A stretch of 62,286 bases of DNA, filler included, from Actinomycetota bacterium (GTDB lineage Bacteria > Actinomycetota > CADDZG01 > JAHWKV01 > JAOPZY01): assembly GCA_025963875.1 (NCBI GenBank). It is 5 parts of 5 records of this genome, joined end to end, with 100 filler letters (N's around TTAATTAATTAA, not from the genome) between each part and the next. Parts side by side here need not be neighbours in the genome. Positions count along the whole stretch, not along the records: positions 15,582 to 34,238 come from JAOPZY010000156.1; positions 34,339 to 48,799 come from JAOPZY010000262.1; 3 more parts are not named here. One strand, 5' to 3'. The notes below the pieces were generated by a model. The model had not been told where the DNA came from and did not search any database. It saw nothing but the letters and a program-made list of their open reading frames with translations. Position 1 is the stretch's first letter. Each line of letters begins with the position of its first letter. The position numbers and the translations under genes were made by a program. Of the stretch, positions 29,855-39,200 are shown piece after piece.

Positions 29855-30104
29855 AACACCGCCTCGTGGCTGAACCAGATCGAGATTTTCTTCTCCATCG
29901 TCCAGCGCAAGGTGCCGACGCCCAACGACTTCACAGACCTCGACGAGGTCGAGCGGCGACTGTTGGACTTCGAGCGCTACTACGAGGAGGCCCGCGTCAG
30001 GACCTCGCTGACCTCATGAAGCGACTGGCCGAGAAGGAGGCCCTCCGGCAAGCCGCGTGAGAGTGGTCGTCATCCGTCACCGAACTTATGGCCCAGAGCA
30101 CTTA
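29855..30104 (+). mobile_element. IS630 family transposase 3' remnant and right end
   Basis: SWLNQIEIFFSIVQRKVPTPNDF...DLADLMKRL; ends GAACTTATGGCCCAGAGCACTTAG. Confidence 0.8.
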
Positions 30105-30293
30105 GCTTCAGGTTTGCTGCCGCCCCGAAGGGGATGGCATCACCCGAAGTGCTGATCTCTCCAGCGGCTCCCCCCGCGTAGTAGCCCTGGGTGCCCGTTC
30201 CCGTCAACGAGACCATCTGGGTCCCGCCAGGCGCGTCGTCTTGCACCCTCACCACGCCGTTGCGAACGCCGGAACTGGTGGCGGTGAACGCAA
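30105..30293 (-). pseudogene. fragment of a surface protein (Ig-like choice-of-anchor domain junction)
   Basis: VAFTATSSGVRNGVVRVQDDAPGGTQMVSLTGTGTQGYY...SGDA; cut by the IS630 end and by the 43-bp repeat. Confidence 0.55.
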
Positions 30294-30541
30294 CAAAGTC
30301 CATATGCCTGTGCCGGCCATCCACGAGGTATGAAATAGCGTGGCCGCCGACCGGCTGTAGGTTTGCTTCTTGCCAAGTCTGTGGCCGTGACCCACAGTCG
30401 CGCCCGAGGCGAGTCGGAAGGGGCGGTATTTCACCCCAGCACTGGCTTGCTCTTCGGTGTCTGTGAGTAAAAAGTGGTGTTATACGCCAGAATATGCTCA
30501 AAGTCCATATGCCTGTGCCGGCCACCCATGAGGTATGAAAT
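30294..30541 (+). repeat. two 43-bp direct repeats, 205-bp period
   Basis: CAAAGTCCATATGCCTGTGCCGGCCA[T/C]CCA[C/T]GAGGTATGAAAT at 30294-30336 and 30499-30541. Confidence 0.9.
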
Positions 30542-31087
30542 GAAGTGTGCCCCTACTGGTGGACTTGGAGGTTAGGTTAGTCGCCTATCGCGCGTATCTG
30601 CGCGATCACGGACCATCCTCGCGGCCACGGGGTCTTCTGGGCGAGCGCGCCTGTTCCTCCCGAGGTCATCGGGGGGCACATTGGAACTTGACAGTTGAGG
30701 AAAGAAATCACCGTTAAGAACTCTTTATCGAAGGTTGGGGGGGATATTTGGCTTCGAACGACCAGACAAAGGGGATAAGGCCCGGCTGAGGGGAAAGGCA
30801 GGAATATCTCCCTCGATCGGACCACGCTGCCTTGGTTCCAAGGGTCGGTGCAGTGAATGGCTCATCTGGCGCCGGCCGGGAGGTGCGTGGTGACGCTGCC
30901 TCTCGCGGCCCTACTCACCGCTCCCGCTGGACGAGGCCCTCAGTTTGCCGGCCGAGCTTCTCCCGACCACCGGCACTTGAGCCCGGGACTGACGGCACCG
31001 CCAGGGTCTTCACGAGCTGACACGGCAGTGTCGTGCTGGCACGGTTGGACGCGGGTTTGGTTCGTGGGCCAGTGGCTCCGGAATCAC

Positions 31088-31876
31088 CTAAACGTTGGAT
31101 TTGATCCTGCCCCCGTCGATCTGGTACACGGCCCCGGTGATATAGGAAGCCCGCTCCGAGGCCAGGAATGCCACCAGGTGACCGAGCTCGATCGGCCTAC
31201 CGAGGCGGCCCAGGGGGATGGTCGCGGCCGCAGCGATCTGCGCTTCGATCGCCTTGTCGATCTCCTCGGTGCCCCCTGCCAGGCGGCCGAGGATGCGGGA
31301 CGTGAGGAACGTGCCCGGAAGCACGAGGTTGATGGTGATGCCATCCTTGGCGAGCCCGGGCATGATCGCCTTCATCAGCCCGGCAATGCCCGGACGAATC
31401 CCGTTCGAGAGGTCGATGTTCTCGACCGGCTGCTTCACAGAAGTCGACTGGATGCCGATGATGCGGCCCCACCGCTTCTCGTGCATATACGGCACCACCT
31501 CGCGCACGAAGCGCACGAAGTTCAGCGTCACAACCTCGAACGCCTGCCGCCAGTCGTCGTCCGTGAGGTCCGGGAAGCTGCCGAGCGCCGGGCCGCCGGA
31601 GTTGTTGACGAGGATGTCGACGCCGCCGAAGCGCTCGACCGTCGCCGCAATGACGATCTGAATGTCCTCGGCGCTCGTGACGTCTGCCGGGACCGCAAGC
31701 ACCTCGGCGTGCGTCTCATGTCGGATTTCGTCAGCAGCCGCCTCGAGATCGGCCGGAGTGCGGGCGCAGATCGTGACCCTGGCGCCCTCGCGGGCAAGCG
31801 CGAGCGCCGAAGCCTTGCCGAGACCCTTGCTCGACGCGGCAACGACCGCGACCTTGCCGTTCAGCCCGAGATCCAC
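31088..31876 (-). CDS. short-chain dehydrogenase/reductase
   Basis: VDLGLNGKVAVVAASSKGLG, LVNNSGGP and ASYITG...IDGG; GGGAGAG RBS. Confidence 0.92.
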   Translation of the reverse strand: MDLGLNGKVAVVAASSKGLGKASALALAREGARVTICARTPADLEAAADEIRHETHAEVLAVPADVTSAEDIQIVIAATVERFGGVDILVNNSGGPALGSFPDLTDDDWRQAFEVVTLNFVRFVREVVPYMHEKRWGRIIGIQSTSVKQPVENIDLSNGIRPGIAGLMKAIMPGLAKDGITINLVLPGTFLTSRILGRLAGGTEEIDKAIEAQIAAAATIPLGRLGRPIELGHLVAFLASERASYITGAVYQIDGGRIKSNV

Positions 31877-32013
31877 GCATCTCTCCCACTTGGATGCTGC
31901 CGTAGGCCCATCCCTCACGGACTCTACCGTGGCACCTGCCGAGGGCCGGGCGGCGAGAGAAGTTTGGAACGCCATCCGCGTCCTCCACGGATAAGTGACC
32001 GAACCTCCCGCTG

Positions 32014-32772
32014 TCAGGCCCGGAGCAGATGGTTGTACACGGCCTGTGTCGTCGCGCACGGCGAGACCCCGAGCTCCTCGCGGAGGACCCCGCGCAGCTT
32101 GGCGTAGACGATGAGTGCCTCGGCAACGTTGCCCTGGGACGCGAGCGCCTGCATCAGGAGCCGGTACCCGCTTTCCCGGAGCGGGACCAGGCGGACAAGC
32201 TGGCGGCCGGCCCGCACCGCCGCGGGGAGCTCGGTCCCGCCGATCCCCAGCGTTGCGGCCGCGTAGGCCTCGAGTGCCCGGATGCGAATGTCCGTCAGCT
32301 GACGACGCTGCTCGTCGATCCAGGCCGCATCCTCTCCGGGCAGGAACTCGCGCTCGGCGACGAACAGCGCCACCAACGACGGCCCCCATGCCCCCTTCCA
32401 TTCGCCGAGGGCGACCCGGGACTCGGCCCGGTGCACGGCCTTCCTGGCAGCTTCCACGTCGACCGGGCAGTCCTCCCCGAGGCGTAGTCGCAAGCTCGAC
32501 CGGCCATCGATGACCCCCTGCCCGAGAACCTTGCGCAGCTTGGAGATCAACGAATTGAGCCCGGCCTCGCTTGCCGAGGGAAGCTCGTGGGGCCACAGGG
32601 CCTCGACCAGCTCGTCGCGACTCGTCAGCCGATGGCGGTTGAGCACCAGGTAGGCGAAGAGGAGCCGGCCCTGGCGCCCCGGCAGCCGGCCGTCGAGGCG
32701 CTCGCCGGCCCGCTCGATGACGGTCGGCCCGCAGAGCTGGATCCTTGTGGGTGGCGTCGGCGCCAAGGTCAC
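32014..32772 (-). CDS. SARP/BTAD transcriptional regulator
   Basis: RLLFAYLVLN...SRDELVEALWP, ISKLRKVLG, PLRESGYRLLMQAL and LREELGVSP; start uncertain (32766 or 32772). Confidence 0.9.
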   Translation of the reverse strand: MTLAPTPPTRIQLCGPTVIERAGERLDGRLPGRQGRLLFAYLVLNRHRLTSRDELVEALWPHELPSASEAGLNSLISKLRKVLGQGVIDGRSSLRLRLGEDCPVDVEAARKAVHRAESRVALGEWKGAWGPSLVALFVAEREFLPGEDAAWIDEQRRQLTDIRIRALEAYAAATLGIGGTELPAAVRAGRQLVRLVPLRESGYRLLMQALASQGNVAEALIVYAKLRGVLREELGVSPCATTQAVYNHLLRA

Positions 32773-32821
32773 GCCAACATTGTCGCAAGAACGTGGGCGT
32801 ACAACCGTGGAGGAGGACGTG

Positions 32822-32980
32822 ATGGCAAGGATCATCCGATGCGAATGCGGGTACGTGGCTCGAGGCGACACCGACGACGAGGTGATCGACGCGATCCGCT
32901 CGCACATGAAAACCGACCATCCCGCCCTCCTGGAGACGGTTGGGCAGGAGGACCTGCTCGACTGGATCCAGGTGGAGTAG
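32822..32980 (+). CDS. DUF1059 small metal-binding protein
   Basis: MARIIRCECGYVARGDTDDEV...HMKTDHP (CxC...HxxxxH); GGAGGAGG RBS. Confidence 0.85.
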   Translation: MARIIRCECGYVARGDTDDEVIDAIRSHMKTDHPALLETVGQEDLLDWIQVE

Positions 32981-33002
32981 CCCAGACGACGGGAGGTCCG
33001 AC

Positions 33003-33857
33003 ATGGCTTCAGGAAGCAGGGCAGTGTTGCAGGAGGCAGGCACCAGGAGTGATGTTCTTGTGGCACCCGGGTGGCTCGAAGAGCACCTTCACGATCCGTC
33101 GCTCCGCCTGGTCGAAGTCGATGTGAGCCCGGTTGCCTTTGACAGGGGGCACATCGAAGGGGCTGTGCTGTGGAACGTCTATCGGGACCTCAAGGACACG
33201 AACTACCAGCTCGTCGACAAGGCAACGACCGAACAGCTCCTGGGGCGCTCGGGGATTGCCCCGGGATCGACGGTGGTGTTCTACGGCTACGCACCCGCCA
33301 TGGGGTTCTGGCTCATGAAGCTCTACGGCCACGCCGATGTGCGGATCCTCGATTGCGGTCGGGGAACGTGGCAGGACGAAGGCCGGCCGTGGACCACCGA
33401 AACAGCCAAGCCCGTCACGACTCGCTACCGGCTCCCCGACGAGGATGAACGGATTCGTGCTGACCATCCGAAGGTCGAGGGGGCGATCAACAACCCGGCC
33501 TGGACCATCGTCGACGTCCGCACCGCGGCTGAGTTCCGGGGGGAGCGGTTCTGGCCGTCCGGCGGCCTCGAGGAGGGGGGACGTGCCGGCCACGTTCCCT
33601 CTGCTGCCCACCTGTCGATCGAGGGTACCTACGATGAGCGGGGATCGTTCCGAAGCGCTGCGGACCTGGGCCGGCTCTTTTCCTCGATCGACCTGACGGG
33701 CGACAGCGAGGTCATCTCCTACTGCACCATCGGTGGTCGTGCCTGCACGGCGTGGTTCGCGCTCACCTACCTGCTCGGCCGCGATCACGTCCGCGTCTAC
33801 GACGGTTCGTGGGCGGAGTGGGGGCGGATGCCGCAGAAACCTGTGGTGTTTCTATAA
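33003..33857 (+). CDS. two-domain sulfurtransferase (rhodanese, SseA/CysA-like)
   Basis: GHIEGA, DVRT..EF.G, GHVPSA, YCTIGGRA and VYDGSWAEWG. Confidence 0.93.
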   Translation: MASGSRAVLQEAGTRSDVLVAPGWLEEHLHDPSLRLVEVDVSPVAFDRGHIEGAVLWNVYRDLKDTNYQLVDKATTEQLLGRSGIAPGSTVVFYGYAPAMGFWLMKLYGHADVRILDCGRGTWQDEGRPWTTETAKPVTTRYRLPDEDERIRADHPKVEGAINNPAWTIVDVRTAAEFRGERFWPSGGLEEGGRAGHVPSAAHLSIEGTYDERGSFRSAADLGRLFSSIDLTGDSEVISYCTIGGRACTAWFALTYLLGRDHVRVYDGSWAEWGRMPQKPVVFL

Positions 33858-34050
33858 GTTAGAGAACACTCAGTTTTTCTTCTGGTCTGGGGTGAAACTC
33901 AGGATCCTCGTGTGCCCGCAACAGCAGTAGGTCAGGTGAGCCGTAGCGATAGGGCTTGGAAGGCGACGACCACGGGGGGCTGTTCGCGACGCGTGGGAAC
34001 TGATCTCGGTGTCGGCGATGCTTTCGTCAACTTCCGGGCGCGAGGGGCCG

Positions 34051-34238
34051 TTACAGAGCGGAGGGTGGGGGATCCTCATCTGCTGCGAACTTGCCAGCCT
34101 GCGGAGTCAAAGCGGACACGTGGCGGTGAATCTCTTCGAGCAGATCAGTGTTCGCCTTCACCAGTTCGGTGAGGGCGGTGTTCTCGTTGACGAGACTCTT
34201 GATATCCTCCGTGTTCTTTTCGGTGTGGAGCGCGATCT
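34051..34238 (-). CDS. C-terminus of a probable DUF1003-type membrane protein (5' truncated)
   Basis: Manual translation IALHTEKNTEDIKSLVNENTALTELVKANTDLLEEIHRHV...*; family assignment from memory. Confidence 0.55.
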
Positions 34239-34338
34239 NNNNNNNNNNNNNNNNNNNNNNNNNNNNNNNNNNNNNNNNNNNNTTAATTAATTAANNNNNN
34301 NNNNNNNNNNNNNNNNNNNNNNNNNNNNNNNNNNNNNN
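34239..34338. other. artificial contig linker
   Basis: N runs around TTAATTAATTAA. Confidence 0.99.
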
Positions 34339-34646
34339 CGGTCGGCAAGGGACTCCAGCAGGTGGCTCGTGCCCGTGACGTTGACCGCGAAGGTCTCGTC
34401 GGTGGCCTCCCAGGATCGCCGCACCGATGCCTGGGCCGCCAGGTGGATGACGGCATCGGGGCGCCGGGCGTCCATGACCTCCCGCACCCGGGGGCCGTCC
34501 CGCACGTCGAACACCTCGATCTCCACCGGCACCGGGGGTTCCCAGGGGCGGTGCGACGCGGCAATCACCTCGTGTCCGGCCTTGCTCAGCGCCGGTAGCA
34601 GGTGGGCCCCCACAAAACCTCCGGCCCCGGTCACGAGGATGCGCAT
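34339..34646 (-). CDS. NAD-dependent nucleotide-sugar epimerase/reductase (Gmd/Rmd-like), 3' truncated
   Basis: ILVTGAGGFVG, PDAVIHLAAQASV and NVTGT. Confidence 0.88.
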
Positions 34647-34760
34647 GCCCCGGGAGCCTACCTTGACGCACCAGGTCTCCGGGTTACCTGCCTAGAGGTT
34701 TGGCGCATTTTCGTTCATGGCGAACAAATTTTCACCAAACCTCGAAAGCTGCCGCTGAGT

Positions 34761-35264
34761 TCAATCCTTCAGGCGGCGCAGCTCCAGCACAAGCTTGGGG
34801 ACGTCCTGGCGGGCATTGGCGATCAGCTCGACGTCGGCCCTGGGGGCGAACTCCTCCCCCAGCCAGACATACATGTCGGCAACCTCCTGGTCTTCGCCGA
34901 CCTGGATGAAGCTCGAGGCCCCCTCCGGCTGCTCGTCCGCGAGGATCGGGGTCCACGGCCCCGCCGTCGCCTGCCGTGCTGCGGCTTCGAGCCGGTCGAG
35001 CTCCTCCTGGCTCACGATGTCGACGGTCCCCCGGTCGGCGGCATCGACCAGCTTGTCCATGAGGTTGCGGGCGAGGGCGATGAACTCCACGTCGGCGTCG
35101 CCGGCAGGCTCGAAGTCCCGCCAGATGACCAGCTCTTTCTGGCCGCCCGCCGCCGCGGTCCGGATGCGCCGGGCGCCGGAGGCGTCCCGCTCGACCACCC
35201 AGGGTGCGGGAGCTGATCCGGCCAGCCGCTGCCGGATGGAGGCAAGGTCACGCGGCGGAATCAT
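34761..35264 (-). CDS. hypothetical protein with two tandem Ead/Ea22-like repeats
   Basis: APAPW...DADVEFIALAR and ATAGPW...ADVELIANARQDVPKLVLELRRL. Confidence 0.7.
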   Translation of the reverse strand: MIPPRDLASIRQRLAGSAPAPWVVERDASGARRIRTAAAGGQKELVIWRDFEPAGDADVEFIALARNLMDKLVDAADRGTVDIVSQEELDRLEAAARQATAGPWTPILADEQPEGASSFIQVGEDQEVADMYVWLGEEFAPRADVELIANARQDVPKLVLELRRLKD

Positions 35265-35300
35265 CTGACCTTCAACTATGAGCGCTTTGCCGAAAGAGTG

Positions 35301-36041
35301 CTAGTCCGACGAACGATCTTCTGTGCCGCCTGACGGCTCGGGCTTGGCGGCCGGGCTGCCGCCGGGTACGAACCGAACGCCGACCCCGGGCTCCGTCCGG
35401 AAGTAGCGCGGCTGCGACGGGTTCGGCTCCAGCTTGCGGCGGATGGTGGCCATGTAGGAGCGCAGATAGTTGGTCTCACGCTCGTACGCCGGCCCCCACA
35501 CCTGCTGCAGGAGCTGGCGCTGGGTCACGAGGCGATCCCGGTTGCGGACCAGGACCTCGACGAGTTGCCACTCTGTGGGGGTGAGGCTGACGTCGCGGCC
35601 GTCGGTACGGCTCACCCGGTGCGCCGCCAGGTCGACGACGAAGTCCTCGGTGGCGACGGAGGCCGCCTCGTCGGTGATCGACGACCTGCGGATCGCTGCC
35701 CGGATACGGGCCAGCAACTCGTCCATGCCGAACGGCTTCGTGACGTAGTCGTCGGCGCCGGCGTCGAGGGCGGCCACCTTGTCGGCCTCCCGCTCCCGGA
35801 CCGACAGGATGACAATCGGCACCTGGCTCCAGCCCCGGAGGCCCCGGACGACGTCGATGCCGTCGATGCCGGGCAGGCCGAGATCCAGGATGACGACGTC
35901 GGGGTGGTGCCGTGCCGCGAGGTCGAGCGCCTCCTCGCCGGTGCTGGCGAGGTCGACGTCGTAGCGGCGCGCCCGCAGGTTCACCTCGAGGGTCTTGCGG
36001 ATCTGCGGCTCATCGTCGACGACGAGCACCCGGCTGATCAC
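35301..36041 (-). CDS. kdpE: response regulator KdpE
   Basis: VLVVDDEPQI, LDLGLP, GADDYVTKPF and LRSYMATIRRKLEPNPSQP; follows kdpD. Confidence 0.95.
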   Translation of the reverse strand: MISRVLVVDDEPQIRKTLEVNLRARRYDVDLASTGEEALDLAARHHPDVVILDLGLPGIDGIDVVRGLRGWSQVPIVILSVREREADKVAALDAGADDYVTKPFGMDELLARIRAAIRRSSITDEAASVATEDFVVDLAAHRVSRTDGRDVSLTPTEWQLVEVLVRNRDRLVTQRQLLQQVWGPAYERETNYLRSYMATIRRKLEPNPSQPRYFRTEPGVGVRFVPGGSPAAKPEPSGGTEDRSSD

Positions 36042-36054
36042 GAGGGGCCCATTA

Positions 36055-38613
36055 TCATTCGGAGCGGCGCAGGGAGAGCACCATGGTCGTCCCACCCCCC
36101 GGGGTGTCCTCGACGAGGATCTCGCCCCCCATCGCCTCCACGAACCCCCGGGCGACCGCCAGGCCCAGCCCGACACCGTTGGGAGCGACGCGACCGCCGT
36201 CGCCGAGGCGCTGGAACGGCTGGAAGACACGGTCGCGCTCGGCCATGGGGATGCCGGGTCCCTGATCGATCACCCGCAGGTCCACCCGGTCGCCGACCTC
36301 ACCGGCCTCCACCCGCACGGGGCGTCCTTGCGGCGACCACGACAGGGCGTTGTCGACGACGTTGGCAAGCGACCGCTCCAGCAGGGCCGGGTCGGCCTCC
36401 ACGGCCGGCAGGCTGTCCGGTACCTCGATGGTGAGGCTGGCGGTGTCACGCGACAGGCTGGCGAGGGCCGCCGACACCACCTCCTCGAGGCCCACGGCCC
36501 GAAGCTTGAGGTGCAGGGCGCCGGTCTGGAGCCGGCTCATGTCGAGGAGGTTGGAGACGACGGCGTTCAGCCGGTCCGCCTCGGCCTCGATCGTGTGGGC
36601 GAAGCCGTGGATTGCGTCCGGGGACCAGTCGACCTCGTCGGAGAGCAGGCTGCTCGCCGAGGCCTTGATCGACGCCAGCGGGGTGCGCAGGTCGTGGGAG
36701 ACCGCGGCCAGCAGCGCGGTGCGAAGCCGGTTGGACTCGGCGAGCTCCCCCGCCCACGCTGCCTCCGCCTGCAGGCGTCGCCCCGCCTGGGCCACGCGCA
36801 GCTGGGCGACGAACGAGTTGAGGAGCCGGGTGTCCTCCCCCACCAGCTCGCCGCCAGCCAGCGCGAGGACCGAACCCTCGTCGAGTGCGGCGGAGAACGA
36901 TGCCTCCTCGGGACGGGTGGGCACCGGTGCCCCGGCCGACGCCTCGACCCGCCACCCCGCGCGGCCGGTGAGTCCCGGTGCGGGGGCGCCGGTGGACCCG
37001 CCCGACGGGTCCGGCGACAGCACGGCCACGGCAGTGAACCCGAACGTCTCCCGGAGCTGGGCCAGGAGGTTGGGGAGCGCCTCTTCTCCCGCCGACAGGA
37101 CTGAGCTCGCGGCAAGGCGGGCGAGCGCCTCCGCTTCCGCCTGGCTCCGCGCCGCGAGCACCGTCCGGCGCGCTGCCCGCTCCCCGACCGCGGAGACCGC
37201 CACCGCCACGGTGAGGAACACGCCGAGCGCGATCGCATCCACCGGATGGCTGATCGTCAGGTTGTGCAGGGGAGGGATGAAGAACCAGTCGGCCACCCCG
37301 AAGGCGAGCACGGCCACGACGAGCGCCGGGACCGCGCCCCCCATGATGGCGATGCCCACGATGAACAGCAGGAACAGCAACAGGGCACCCGGCGTGCCGA
37401 GCGTGTCGCGAAAGGGCGCCAGGACGAGTGCCAGCAGCGGTACGCCGACCAGTCCCAGGAGCAGCGCCATCTGACGGCGGCGATGCGGGAGCGGCGCCAG
37501 GTGGCGCCTACGTATGGGGCGGGGCAGGACCTCGTGGCCATCGTCGTCGGCCGAGATGACGTGGATGTCGATCGGTCCGGCGAGACGCACCACGCGGTTG
37601 ATGATCGAGCCGTGGATGAACTCCTCCCAGCGTGACTTCTGGGGTGCCCCGAGGATGAGCTGGGTGGCGTTCTCGGCCCGGGCGAACTTGGTGAGCGTCT
37701 CCGCGACGTCGCCGCCGGTGATCTCCACGTAGCGGCCGCCGAGCTCCGCCACGAGGGCCCGCTGGTGCGCCAGGAGGTCGGGCGAGGGACGGGTCAGGCC
37801 GTCGGCCGAGCGGACGTGCACGGCAAGGAGGTCGCCCTTGGTCCTGGCCGCCATGCGGGCGCCGCGACGGATGAGGTGCTCGCCCTCCGTCCTCCCGTCG
37901 ATGGCGACGATCACCCGCTCGCGCGTCTCCCACGGCATCGCGATGCCGTGCCGCTGGCGGTAGTCGTGCAGGGACTCGTCGACCCGGTCCGCCACCCACA
38001 TGAGGGCCAGCTCCCGGAGGGCGGCGAGGTTGCCCTCGCGGAAGTAGTTGCCCAGGGCGGCGTCGACCTTCTCGGGCGGGTAGACGTTGCCGTGGGCCAT
38101 GCGGCGACGGAGCGCCTCCGCGCTCATGTCCACGAGCTCGATCTGGTCGGCGGCGCGCACGACGGCATCGGGGATCGTCTCGCGCTGCGCGACGCCCGTG
38201 ATGCGCTCGACCACGTCGTTCAGGGACTCGAGGTGCTGGACGTTGACGGTCGAAATGACGTTGATCCCGGCCTCCAGCAGCTCCTCGACGTCCTCCCAGC
38301 GCTTCTTGTGGCGGGAGCCCGGGACGTTGGTGTGGGCCAGCTCGTCCACCAGGGCGACCTCGGGGTGCCGCTCCAGCAACCGGTCGAGGTCCATCTCCTC
38401 GAAGACCTGGCCCCGGTATTCCAGCTTGGCCCGTGGCAGGACCTCGAGGTCCCGGATCTGCGCGCGGGTGTTTGGCCGGTCGTAGGTCTCGACGTAGCCG
38501 ACGACGACGTCCTTGCCACGGGAATGGGCGCGCCAGCCCTCGTTGAGCATGGCGTAGGTCTTCCCGACCCCGGGAGCCGCCCCCAGGTAGATCCGGAGTT
38601 TCCCACGCGCCAT
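36055..38613 (-). CDS. kdpD: sensor histidine kinase KdpD
   Basis: YLGAAPGVGKTYAML, VDELAHTN, USP domain, 4 TM and SHDLRTPL H-box. Confidence 0.97.
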   Translation of the reverse strand: MARGKLRIYLGAAPGVGKTYAMLNEGWRAHSRGKDVVVGYVETYDRPNTRAQIRDLEVLPRAKLEYRGQVFEEMDLDRLLERHPEVALVDELAHTNVPGSRHKKRWEDVEELLEAGINVISTVNVQHLESLNDVVERITGVAQRETIPDAVVRAADQIELVDMSAEALRRRMAHGNVYPPEKVDAALGNYFREGNLAALRELALMWVADRVDESLHDYRQRHGIAMPWETRERVIVAIDGRTEGEHLIRRGARMAARTKGDLLAVHVRSADGLTRPSPDLLAHQRALVAELGGRYVEITGGDVAETLTKFARAENATQLILGAPQKSRWEEFIHGSIINRVVRLAGPIDIHVISADDDGHEVLPRPIRRRHLAPLPHRRRQMALLLGLVGVPLLALVLAPFRDTLGTPGALLLFLLFIVGIAIMGGAVPALVVAVLAFGVADWFFIPPLHNLTISHPVDAIALGVFLTVAVAVSAVGERAARRTVLAARSQAEAEALARLAASSVLSAGEEALPNLLAQLRETFGFTAVAVLSPDPSGGSTGAPAPGLTGRAGWRVEASAGAPVPTRPEEASFSAALDEGSVLALAGGELVGEDTRLLNSFVAQLRVAQAGRRLQAEAAWAGELAESNRLRTALLAAVSHDLRTPLASIKASASSLLSDEVDWSPDAIHGFAHTIEAEADRLNAVVSNLLDMSRLQTGALHLKLRAVGLEEVVSAALASLSRDTASLTIEVPDSLPAVEADPALLERSLANVVDNALSWSPQGRPVRVEAGEVGDRVDLRVIDQGPGIPMAERDRVFQPFQRLGDGGRVAPNGVGLGLAVARGFVEAMGGEILVEDTPGGGTTMVLSLRRSE

Positions 38614-38623
38614 GGCTGCCGGC

Positions 38624-39199
38624 CTAGTGGGCCTCGTCCAGGGCCAGGTTCAGCTCCAGCACGTTGACCGACGGCTCGCCGAGGATGCCGAGCGGCCGGC
38701 TCGCCGTGTGGGCCTTGACCAGCGTCAGGACCTGCTCGACCGTCATGGTGCGGGCTCTGGCCACCCTGGGGGCCTGGAGGTCGGCGTTGGCGACGGAGAT
38801 CGCCGGGTCGAGGCCCGACGCCGAGGCCGTGACCGCGTCCACCGGGACCGGTGTGCCGGCGGGCAGGCCGTTCTCGGTGCGGTACGCCTTCGCCCGGTCC
38901 GCCACCGTCTGTTCGAGTGTGGGGTTGGTCGGGCCGAGGTTGGAGGCGCCACTGGCCGTCGCGTCGTAGCCGTTCGTCCCCGCCGCGGAGGGACGGGGGT
39001 GGAAGTACTGGGGGGCGGCGAAGGCCTGGCCGATCAGGCTCGAGCCGACGACGGCGCCGTTGCGGCTGATCAGCGAGCCGTCGGCCTTTGTGCGGAAGAG
39101 GGTCTGCGCCACCCCCGTCATGGCAAGGGGGTAGGCCAACCCGAGGAGCACGATGAGCGCAATGGTCATCCTCAGTGCGGGGAGCAGTTGGCGGCGCAT
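38624..39199 (-). CDS. kdpC: K+-transporting ATPase subunit C
   Basis: [28 protein letters not shown] and [11 protein letters not shown]. Confidence 0.97.
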   Translation of the reverse strand: MRRQLLPALRMTIALIVLLGLAYPLAMTGVAQTLFRTKADGSLISRNGAVVGSSLIGQAFAAPQYFHPRPSAAGTNGYDATASGASNLGPTNPTLEQTVADRAKAYRTENGLPAGTPVPVDAVTASASGLDPAISVANADLQAPRVARARTMTVEQVLTLVKAHTASRPLGILGEPSVNVLELNLALDEAH

Positions 39200-39200
39200 G

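Noticed and set aside
30294..30541. CRISPR array
   Set aside because: Only two repeats, a 162-bp spacer and no cas genes; kept only as an unexplained repeat.
33841..33870. Possible IS end (GTGGTGTTTCTATAAGT) replacing the rhodanese C-terminus
   Set aside because: No partner end or transposase visible; too weak to call.
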